Part shown: piece after piece, positions 8,394 through 16,844 of the stretch
How positions within the stretch are numbered: the stretch's first letter is position 1
Layout: the number at the start of each line of letters is the position of its first letter
Assembly (NCBI GenBank): GCA_035390665.1
Contig: DAOOUC010000003.1
Span: forward strand, 91,056 to 123,055
Origin: an archaeon
Lineage (GTDB): Archaea > Iainarchaeota > Iainarchaeia > Iainarchaeales > CSSED10-239
DNA length: 32,000 bases
Direction: 5' to 3'
Position numbers and translations under genes: made by a program
The notes under the pieces: generated by a model
Told to the model about the DNA's origin: nothing
The model's input: the letters and a program-made list of their open reading frames with translations, nothing else
Databases searched by the model: none

Positions 8394-11300
8394 TTATTCT
8401 GTATTATTAAAGTTATTAATTATTAGCTCTTTTGTACCTATTGGCAAGTTTGTTTTTTCTTCTATCCATTGTATCTTTGTTGTGGATAAACTTTTAGAAA
8501 TACATGCATTTCCTTCTCTTACTTGATTAAACATATCAAATATTGAATAAATGTCAGAAACATTTGAAATTATAGGAAGACTTGTTTCTCCAGAGGTATA
8601 ATCTTTACCATAAAGTTTTGATAATTGATTATTTTCTAAATCTTGTATAGATAATCTTAAATTATCATAATCTGAATTTACTGGAAGATAGATCTTTGAT
8701 TCTAATAAATATTTAGGTGTTAATTCATAACCGTATTTGTTTCTAAACTTATCTGTAGTTATAGTGTGCCTTAAATATTCATTTCCAAAACCAAATATTG
8801 AAATATCATCTATTGTATTATCATATCCTGCATCCATATAATCTTTCCAATTAAAGATTGTCATATCCCAATCAAAAGAATCGCTTTCACTATATTTTAT
8901 TTTGTAACTAAAATTATTATCTTGTATATTATTTACTTTTGCAAATATATTTATTGGCCTTGATGGTGTAAAATTTAATGCAAGTTGTATTTTTTCTGTT
9001 GTACTATTCATAGATAAATCAAATAATACTCCTTTTGAATTTAATACGTCTTGCACTTGCCAATCAATAAGATGACTTGTAGGATAATTTGCAGAAATTT
9101 CTGCAATTCCAGAACAATCTTGACCTGGACAATTCGCTTTTTTATATAACTTTATAGTTCCACTTTCTCTTTGTATTACTGGTATTAATTCTGCATAATC
9201 ATAATTACCAACTATAGTTGAACCATATCCAATTCTGTGAGCTGTTACCTCGTCCTCTAATAATCCAAAGTCTCCATCCACTGGTATATAATAGAATAAA
9301 TTGTCTTTATCTATAGGAATGCTTTGAATCAATTGTAATTTTATAACTATGTCTGTTGTAAAATTAGAATTATAATTCTCTACTGTTAATTTATATTTTC
9401 CTACTTTTTTTGTAGGTGTTCCATCTTGATTTGTTTTTATTATTTCTAATGATTGTGAATGATTTGATTTTAGATAAGAATCTTGGAATGATTGGGTAAT
9501 ATTATGCGTTAAGAAATCATTATAGCTTTCTCTATAATCAGATAAAAGATCTTCTGAGATTCCATCATACATTAAATAAACATAATAATTATTGTCTTGT
9601 GGTTTATACCTTATACTATCTCCAATAAGTGTAAATATTGAATATAATGCTTGAACAGAATCACAATGAATTTTATTGAAATCATAATCTAAATTTGTAT
9701 CCATACATAAGCTGTTCCAATTTACTGATTCTTGCCCCCAATTATAAAGTACTTTTGGAATACTTTCTGGGCCAGATTTACAAGATTCTGTGTCTTTAAA
9801 ATTACAAGAACCTAATATGAATTGATCATTTCCACTTATTAATCCGCCTACTCCTAAACAGAAATTCCCTGTAAATCCATTATCACTTATAATGGTTTCG
9901 GGATCTTCTGGGATATAAGTCACTTGTACAATTAAATTTCTTGTTTCTTGTAATGTGTTATTATTTAAATTTAAATCAAAAGTTAATGACTTATTATATG
10001 TTTTATACCCTTCTGCATTTTGCATAAGATCAGTAAAGTTTCCATCAATAGTTATTGGAACAGGTGTATTTGATATTTCTGTAGGTAAATCAAAAGTCAT
10101 AGAAATTGGTAATGCATTAGGCATCTGGATTGTAGATAATGATATATTATAACTTTTGGTTTTATTTTTAAAAGTATATACTTTATTTAACTTACAATCA
10201 GAAATACTTTTACAAGGAATATTTATTTGTGATCCTTGAGTTGTTAATTCATAGGCTTTATTTTTTGGATATATTATTATTTTTAATGGAATTTCATAAT
10301 TAAAAGATTCATTAGGATTTCCTATTTTTATTTGTAGATTTATATTTTTTTCTGTAATTTGGTTTATTTGATTGTCTATTAAAGTAAAAATAAAATTAAT
10401 ATTTCCTACAACTTTATTTGATTCAGAAATAACTGTATTTGCTTGACTAAAACTTATAATGTTAGTCAAATCATCTCCGGTTGTTGAAATTTCTAAAATT
10501 TGGTAATTTTGTGAATTATCAAAAGATAAATCTAAATAATATTCTAAAGTTCTATTTGTAGAAATATCTGTAATTAATTCTAGTCCTGATCCATTACTAT
10601 CAGTATAAAAACCGTTATCTTCTGTTATAAACATAGATTCGTCAGTTAATACTATTCTTTTAATTTTTATATTGGAAGATGCAACTCTGTATATTGTTGT
10701 TGGCTCTTGGTTCCCTTGATTTTGCAAAGTAAAAAGATTATTATATTCAAAATCTATATTTGTGTCTGTTGTATTAATGTCTATTAAAGCACTTGCTAAA
10801 ATGTCTGTATCTGCTATAAGTGTTCTAGGCAATTGATTATCTAATATTAATTTTTGATTAATCTCTTCTGTTAATAATCCGTTGACAGCTGTTGTTGAAA
10901 TATCTTCAAGTATTGTTGATCTGCCGGTTTTATTTTTTATTATGTAATTGTTGTTTGTTTCAGATATTTTCTTTATTCCATTTAATTCAGTTATAATTAC
11001 TGGGAATTTTAATTTATTTTCATTAGTTATCAATTGATTATTTGTATCATAAAGATCGATTCCTGACCCGATATTTAAAGACAATTCTAATTCGTTGTTT
11101 GGAAGATTGGAATTTGGAATTGTATATATAAATTTGATTGTTTTTCCTGAATCTGCATCTGCAATAAATATTTGAGTATTTAAATAATTATTTGTAATTT
11201 CTCCAATATCTGTTGGAACGGTTTCTCCAGAAATTATATATCTTACGGATATTCCATTTTGGAATTGCCCGGTTTTGTTTTTTAAACTAATGTTTAAATC

Positions 11301-14300
11301 ATTTAAACCAATGTATATTTTATTATCTGTTGCTTGAGATTTAACTTCAGGAACATAATCGTTTTGTGCATAGGATAAAATATTTGTTGTAGTTGTTTCA
11401 AGTATTGAATTTTGAGCATTTCTAAATAATTGAGTTTTAATACTTGGTTGAGCAGCTAATGAAAAGAAATCAATTGGTTTTCCTATAGCTTGATTAGTAA
11501 AATAATATCCTCTTGTGGTTGTTTTTTCTGGAATAATTACAGATAAATTATTATCCAATAATTGAATTTGTGCAGTATTATTTATTTTGTCTTTAAAACT
11601 ATTTTTAGAAAATAAATACTTTTCGTTTGTATTTGCAGTATTTACAATTATATCTCCGGTTCTATTCGTTTCTCCGAATTGAATAAAATCAAAACTATAA
11701 TTGTAATCTTTATCTATATAAAGAATATAGTCTGATCCAAATTTTTCTAATTCTCCATTATTATCATATAATTTAATATTATAAGAATAATTATTACTAT
11801 CAAATGGAATTGATTGAGAAGTGGTAGATGCGTAGAAATAACCTTCTGGTCTTATTGTCCAATCTTGCCAATTTGAAACTGTTGGAGAAAAGGAGAAAGA
11901 TTCTAAATCTGAATTAATGGATCTATAATAAATTTTATAATTATCTGGATTTGTTATTTCGTTTTTAAATTTTATATTTATTGAATATTCAATAATATTT
12001 GGTTCGATATCACTAAAATCAAACTCTGTCCATTTATATTTTCCTGAAACACATTGATTGCCGGATACATCAGAAGAATAATTAGTATTAAAGTAATTAT
12101 TATCCCAATGATTTAAGGTTCCACTATATCTGCAACCCGTATTAAGTTCTGTATTTTCTGGAACAAATAAATTTGTATTAACTAAATATATATAATCGTC
12201 ATTTTGAGTTAAATATTGCCCTGCTTTTACAAAAACTTTCTTTAAAACATCTTGATTACTTGAACCAAAAACGGTTTTGAACTTTAATTTATATTCTTTT
12301 GTAATATCGTTATTGCCAATAAAACCAATTTTATTTATTTTTATTGTTCCAGTGGAATCATATAATCCTAAATATTCTGTTGTTGTTTGAATAGAAGACA
12401 ATGTTGTAGGAAAAGAAATTTCTTTGTTAGTTGTTTGTCCAGGAAATAATGTTATTAAATCTGTTTGATAAATAATATCATCTTTTTTAGTCTTTAAATA
12501 AATACGGGAACAATTTTCACAATTAAAAACAAATGTTTTATTTGAATCTCCTGGGGCACTTGCAATAATTATATTTTCTTTAGATATTTCTTCTCCAGTT
12601 ATATCAAAGAAGGAGAAATTATAATCATTCTGATTTGGTGTGATTTTTAGATTTAATGCTCTTGCTTGATTCCCTAAATTAATATTTAATTCTAATACTT
12701 CATTATTATCTAATTCCAAAGATGGCAATGAATCTCCGTCTGCGTTTTCATTCCTTAGTATAGCATAAGCATAATATTCTTTATTACTTCTTACTAAATT
12801 AAAATTAACATCTCCATTTAGATTTGTAGTTCTTGGGCTTTCTGGATTATATGCTATATATTCTCCATCTAGTTCATAAAATAAATAAACCAAAGCATTT
12901 GCTCTATTGTATTCGTCTTTTTTTACATTTACTTTTATTGTTCCACTATTTAATGCAGAAGAATATTCCAATGGTATTTCAATTGTTTTATTTCCGTCAG
13001 ATAATCCGTTTATATCTTGGGGATTTGACGAAATATAGCCACTATCTTCTGTATTAGAAACAACAATTCTGTAATTTTTATTTCTTATTAAAACAAAAGT
13101 TGTTTGATTAATATCTATTCTTGTGCCTATTAATGTAGAAATATTGCCATCTCTTCTATAGATTGAAATATTTCCAATAACTGGTTGATTTGTATTTTGG
13201 TCTTTTAATTTAATTGTAAGATTACTTAATTGTCCTACAATACATCCATTTCCATTTGGATTTGGAGTAACAATTCCAGATAATAATGGACTTGCACAAT
13301 TAATACTTCCATTACTACAAAATGCACTATATATTGGATTAGTACAATTAATATTTTCTAAATCTTCTGCAGTAAAAATAATTAAATCAGCATTTGCTAA
13401 ATTATCATTAACAACTGTATATGGCCCAAACTTAGGCAAAGTAATATATCCTATTTTATCTACTGAAATTAAATAATTTGATTGAGCTAATTTAAATTTA
13501 TATTTACCATATGTGTCTGTTGTCCCAGTACTAATTGCCATTTCAGATTCATTAACAGTAGTTATAGGGTCATCAATTGCATAAACCTTTAAATTTGTAT
13601 TTGGTATTGCAACCCCGTTTGAATTTTTCACCGTTACTTCTAAGGTTCCTGTATTTGAATTTATTTTTTTCATTTCAACTATATTGCTTTCAGGGATTTC
13701 TCTATCTGTAATTAATTCATAATTATTTGAAACAACACTTACTAATAATTGACCACAATTTTTAGGTTGAATAACATTTTGTCTTCCATTTGTTACTGTT
13801 GCGGTTTTGGGTTGTGGAACATCTAAATCTGTAGAACATTTAAAGGTAGCATTTAAAACATCATTAATTAGTACATCATAATTTTTAAAAATTATTTCTC
13901 TTCTCTTTTCTGAATTTTGACCAGGGTATTCAAATTTTTTAGGATCAAGTCTTAGTTTAATTGTTTGCTCTATATATTTTTGATTTAAATTTATTGTTGA
14001 TTCAAATCTTAAATAATTTTCTTTAGTTATTGTTAATTCAAGTTTTCTAGATTTTAATTCTTGAAATTCAATATATCCGAAAGCATCTGTATTTTTTGTT
14101 TCTTCCTGCCCATTATAATTTATTTTAACAACTGCATCTTTTAAGGATAAACCTTGTTCGTCAGTAACATATATAGCTAATGATTTTGACGAAGGGCCAG
14201 ATACTAGAACGATTATAATTATTATTAAAATTACTGCTACACCAATTAAAGGGATTTTAAATTTATTAAATAAAGATTTAAAATCTGGTTTTGATTTTGA

Positions 14301-14369
14301 ATTTACGGGCTTATTTTTAGAATCATCAACTTTTTGTTTAATTTCTTCCAGTATTTTATTTTGATCCAT
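8394..14369 (-). CDS. Giant N-terminally membrane-anchored surface protein (1991 aa) with beta-sandwich domain array and family-specific C-terminal region
   Basis: ATG at 14369 with AGGA 6 nt upstream. Lys-rich 38-aa N-terminus, then the TM helix IPLIGVAVILIIIIIVLVSG (about 14196..14255). There are at least 4 CarboxypepD_reg-like segments, e.g. IYVTDEQGLSLKDAVVKINYNGQEETKNTDAFGYIEFQEL and VTVKNSNGVAIPNTNLKVYAI...TTDTYGKYKFKL. A 4-Cys knot reads NINCTNPIYSAFCSNGSINCASP...GCIVGQ. The C-terminal 490 aa or so are shared with the other giants. Confidence 0.92.
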   Translation of the reverse strand: MDQNKILEEIKQKVDDSKNKPVNSKSKPDFKSLFNKFKIPLIGVAVILIIIIIVLVSGPSSKSLAIYVTDEQGLSLKDAVVKINYNGQEETKNTDAFGYIEFQELKSRKLELTITKENYLRFESTINLNQKYIEQTIKLRLDPKKFEYPGQNSEKRREIIFKNYDVLINDVLNATFKCSTDLDVPQPKTATVTNGRQNVIQPKNCGQLLVSVVSNNYELITDREIPESNIVEMKKINSNTGTLEVTVKNSNGVAIPNTNLKVYAIDDPITTVNESEMAISTGTTDTYGKYKFKLAQSNYLISVDKIGYITLPKFGPYTVVNDNLANADLIIFTAEDLENINCTNPIYSAFCSNGSINCASPLLSGIVTPNPNGNGCIVGQLSNLTIKLKDQNTNQPVIGNISIYRRDGNISTLIGTRIDINQTTFVLIRNKNYRIVVSNTEDSGYISSNPQDINGLSDGNKTIEIPLEYSSALNSGTIKVNVKKDEYNRANALVYLFYELDGEYIAYNPESPRTTNLNGDVNFNLVRSNKEYYAYAILRNENADGDSLPSLELDNNEVLELNINLGNQARALNLKITPNQNDYNFSFFDITGEEISKENIIIASAPGDSNKTFVFNCENCSRIYLKTKKDDIIYQTDLITLFPGQTTNKEISFPTTLSSIQTTTEYLGLYDSTGTIKINKIGFIGNNDITKEYKLKFKTVFGSSNQDVLKKVFVKAGQYLTQNDDYIYLVNTNLFVPENTELNTGCRYSGTLNHWDNNYFNTNYSSDVSGNQCVSGKYKWTEFDFSDIEPNIIEYSINIKFKNEITNPDNYKIYYRSINSDLESFSFSPTVSNWQDWTIRPEGYFYASTTSQSIPFDSNNYSYNIKLYDNNGELEKFGSDYILYIDKDYNYSFDFIQFGETNRTGDIIVNTANTNEKYLFSKNSFKDKINNTAQIQLLDNNLSVIIPEKTTTRGYYFTNQAIGKPIDFFSLAAQPSIKTQLFRNAQNSILETTTTNILSYAQNDYVPEVKSQATDNKIYIGLNDLNISLKNKTGQFQNGISVRYIISGETVPTDIGEITNNYLNTQIFIADADSGKTIKFIYTIPNSNLPNNELELSLNIGSGIDLYDTNNQLITNENKLKFPVIITELNGIKKISETNNNYIIKNKTGRSTILEDISTTAVNGLLTEEINQKLILDNQLPRTLIADTDILASALIDINTTDTNIDFEYNNLFTLQNQGNQEPTTIYRVASSNIKIKRIVLTDESMFITEDNGFYTDSNGSGLELITDISTNRTLEYYLDLSFDNSQNYQILEISTTGDDLTNIISFSQANTVISESNKVVGNINFIFTLIDNQINQITEKNINLQIKIGNPNESFNYEIPLKIIIYPKNKAYELTTQGSQINIPCKSISDCKLNKVYTFKNKTKSYNISLSTIQMPNALPISMTFDLPTEISNTPVPITIDGNFTDLMQNAEGYKTYNKSLTFDLNLNNNTLQETRNLIVQVTYIPEDPETIISDNGFTGNFCLGVGGLISGNDQFILGSCNFKDTESCKSGPESIPKVLYNWGQESVNWNSLCMDTNLDYDFNKIHCDSVQALYSIFTLIGDSIRYKPQDNNYYVYLMYDGISEDLLSDYRESYNDFLTHNITQSFQDSYLKSNHSQSLEIIKTNQDGTPTKKVGKYKLTVENYNSNFTTDIVIKLQLIQSIPIDKDNLFYYIPVDGDFGLLEDEVTAHRIGYGSTIVGNYDYAELIPVIQRESGTIKLYKKANCPGQDCSGIAEISANYPTSHLIDWQVQDVLNSKGVLFDLSMNSTTEKIQLALNFTPSRPINIFAKVNNIQDNNFSYKIKYSESDSFDWDMTIFNWKDYMDAGYDNTIDDISIFGFGNEYLRHTITTDKFRNKYGYELTPKYLLESKIYLPVNSDYDNLRLSIQDLENNQLSKLYGKDYTSGETSLPIISNVSDIYSIFDMFNQVREGNACISKSLSTTKIQWIEEKTNLPIGTKELIINNFNNTE

Positions 14370-14383
14370 AGGTTTTCCTATTT

Positions 14384-16408
14384 TTAATTATTAAATAATT
14401 CTCTTAAAGGAACAAAAGGAAACTCAAATTCTTTAGAGTTATTCCCAATAGTTATTTTTCCTTTCAATATATATTCTTGACCATAACAGAAAAGATATTC
14501 ATCTTCTGCTAAATCATTTCTATCTTCATCTTGTGATGATCCAAACCACACAAGTTTATTTTTTTCTAATTTAAACTCTCTCATTCCTATTTTATCATTC
14601 ATTTCTGAAGAAATTTCTTCTTTATTTGTATAAATTGGTTGTAAGGTATTATCTATTCTTTTAGTATAATATATTTGATTTGTTACTGGATTAAAATAAA
14701 ATATTTTTAAATCTCCAGGAAGTATTTTCCCATTAACATTTGAATAAATATTATATTCTCTTGTATATCTATTAACTTCGTCAGTAAGATCTATAACTTC
14801 ACAATGAGGACAATATCTATAATTAACTGACGTTCCGGCAGGTAAGAAAGAATTTATGCTTTCAATATTTGTTGCATAAATATTTGTTCCTCCATTTAGA
14901 TTATAAGTTACTTGACTTGGTTGAATATAACAACCAGATAAATCTATAGAGTTATTAAAAATTGGGTGTTCTGGTTCTGATTTAATATTTATAGATTTTG
15001 GAAGATAAGATCCATTCTTTAAATTATTAATATTAACATTAGTAACGGTTATTCCTAAATCTAATAATTTACGCATATACCCTGTATCCCCCGATTCGCC
15101 CCCATCATCGGTATTATTATTTGCTTGGGCCGTTGCAGCTAACTGATAATCTGCTAAACTAAAATTTAATTGAGATATAATTTCTATTCCAGGATATGTA
15201 TTTTCTAAAAAATTAATATCTATATTTCCTAAAGTTCCTGGAAATCCAAAAGGTTTATCTAATTCGTGATTAGTACAGGTTCCATCAGCAACATTTCGTT
15301 TTCCTAATTCTCCTGATTTTAAATTAAGTTTAAAATTAGGGGACCTATTAATTAATGTTGTTATATTTAAATCCGAAACATCTCCGCCATTACCACTATC
15401 TCCATGGTAATCGTGTTCTCCATCATTACCCTCGCCCCAATCACAATCATTATCCCCCGCAAATCTGCTTGTTCCTGCCCAGCCACCATTTCCTGCAATT
15501 GCTTGCATGGAGAAATCTCCTTGATTTTTTATTAATTTTATTTCATTTATATTTATATTTCCTGCATGCCCTCCATTCCCACCATTAAATGAATCGTCTG
15601 CAGAATCATCTTTAGGAGAATGACTTCCATTTCCGCCATTTCCTGTTTTTAAGATTATATTCAAATTATTATTATTCTCGATATTCTGAATTCTAAGATT
15701 TAAATTTCCAGAAGATCCTCCTGGTCTTCCGTGTCTTTCTTCTGCATCATCTTCGCTATGTGGTTGTCCGCCTTTTCCTCCATTTCCGGTTCCTAATTCA
15801 ACAATTGAATTCCCAAAATTTATAAAATTTTTAAATGAAATTATTAAATCGCCTGAAGATATCCCGTCTGTTCCATCGTCTCCTTCACTATCTCCATCTG
15901 TTCCATTTTTTCCATCATTTGTTTTTATTTTTATTTCCAATTTAGAATTAGGTTTTACTGTAATATCTTTAGTTATAAAATTTATTTTAATTGAACTACT
16001 TGAAAATGATTCAGATAAATTTTTAATTTTTGCATCTGAATTTGATTCAACTATTATGTTTGAAAGATTAATATCTAAACTTTTTGAATTATCTATCACT
16101 ATATTAGAAGAACCAGATATCACTAAATTCCAATTAGTATCATTCATATTTAAATTTTCTTTAACCCAAATTGTTTTTGCATTTAAGTTTAAATTGATTG
16201 CATAGTCTTCACAACCGGATAAATTAAATAATTTAGATGTGCTTGATTCTAATGGTGTTGTATTAACATTACATTCACAGATTTTAGTTGTGTTATCACA
16301 AGAATTACAAGTTATTCCATTTACAATTCCAGAAATAGCACAAGCAAATATTGGATTTACAAATATAATAAATGTTATTAAAAGTATAAATATTTTTACA
16401 TATTTCAT
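14384..16408 (-). CDS. Secreted (possibly lipid-anchored) glycine-rich repeat protein (674 aa), paralog of the 713-aa ORF
   Basis: ATG at 16408. The N-terminus MKYVKIFILLITFIIFVNPIFA|CAISG has the same IFA cleavage context as its neighbours. I-F-A-C could alternatively be a weak lipobox. A Cys-rich stretch follows (CNSCDNTTKICEC). Residues about 163-445 are GNGG repeats with Asp/Glu/His-rich loops. The C-terminal 215 aa or so are homologous to the 713-aa ORF, including YCPHC. Confidence 0.9.
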   Translation of the reverse strand: MKYVKIFILLITFIIFVNPIFACAISGIVNGITCNSCDNTTKICECNVNTTPLESSTSKLFNLSGCEDYAINLNLNAKTIWVKENLNMNDTNWNLVISGSSNIVIDNSKSLDINLSNIIVESNSDAKIKNLSESFSSSSIKINFITKDITVKPNSKLEIKIKTNDGKNGTDGDSEGDDGTDGISSGDLIISFKNFINFGNSIVELGTGNGGKGGQPHSEDDAEERHGRPGGSSGNLNLRIQNIENNNNLNIILKTGNGGNGSHSPKDDSADDSFNGGNGGHAGNININEIKLIKNQGDFSMQAIAGNGGWAGTSRFAGDNDCDWGEGNDGEHDYHGDSGNGGDVSDLNITTLINRSPNFKLNLKSGELGKRNVADGTCTNHELDKPFGFPGTLGNIDINFLENTYPGIEIISQLNFSLADYQLAATAQANNNTDDGGESGDTGYMRKLLDLGITVTNVNINNLKNGSYLPKSINIKSEPEHPIFNNSIDLSGCYIQPSQVTYNLNGGTNIYATNIESINSFLPAGTSVNYRYCPHCEVIDLTDEVNRYTREYNIYSNVNGKILPGDLKIFYFNPVTNQIYYTKRIDNTLQPIYTNKEEISSEMNDKIGMREFKLEKNKLVWFGSSQDEDRNDLAEDEYLFCYGQEYILKGKITIGNNSKEFEFPFVPLRELFNN
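15074..15922 (-). repeat. Protein-level tandem repeats (about 5 units of 42-60 aa) anchored on GNGGxG, with acidic/His-rich loops
   Basis: Anchors are KTNDGKNGTDG (aa 166), GTGNGGKGG (208), KTGNGGNGS (256) and IAGNGGWAG (306), with a degenerate KSGELGK (about 366). Loop examples: QPHSEDDAEERHGRPGGSSG, SHSPKDDSADDSFNGGNGGHAG, TSRFAGDNDCDWGEGNDGEHDYHGDSGNGGD. The antisense ORF at 15355..15588 is the shadow of this region. Confidence 0.8.
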
Positions 16409-16435
16409 ATTTTTTCTTCTCTTATAATATTAAAA

Positions 16436-16834
16436 TTATGATTGCTTAAATGGGAAAGTTAAAGAAATATTTTGATCTTGTTCACCATATTTTAGTGTTG
16501 ATGAAATAAAATAAAATTTAAAGAAATCTTTAGCAACTAATATTTGTACATCTTTTGTTGCATCTTTGTTTCTTATAAAGAATAGTTTTCCCGTATCTGA
16601 GTTTTTACAAGTACTGTAAATATTTATTTGCGGTAAGTTTTGCCCGGGATAAAATTTACTTGCGGTAAAATTGCCTGAACAGTTAATTAAGTTATCTGGA
16701 TCTTCAATTTTACCGAAAACAATAGGATAAATGTTTCTGTTTTCTGTAGGAAATGATATCCAATCTTCTGCAAAGACAAATCTAACATTAACTAACAGAA
16801 ACAACAATAGCATTATTTTAAAATATTTTTTCAT
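16436..16834 (-). CDS. Small secreted protein (132 aa), unknown function
   Basis: ATG at 16834, 10 nt after the upstream stop. Clear signal-peptide-like N-terminus MKKYFKIMLLLFLLVNVRFVFA|EDWI. Two Cys residues. The C-terminal tail ...ISLTFPFKQS resembles the tails of the 499/674/713-aa proteins. It sits inside a tightly packed operon. Confidence 0.75.
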   Translation of the reverse strand: MKKYFKIMLLLFLLVNVRFVFAEDWISFPTENRNIYPIVFGKIEDPDNLINCSGNFTASKFYPGQNLPQINIYSTCKNSDTGKLFFIRNKDATKDVQILVAKDFFKFYFISSTLKYGEQDQNISLTFPFKQS

Positions 16835-16844
16835 TTTATCCCAT

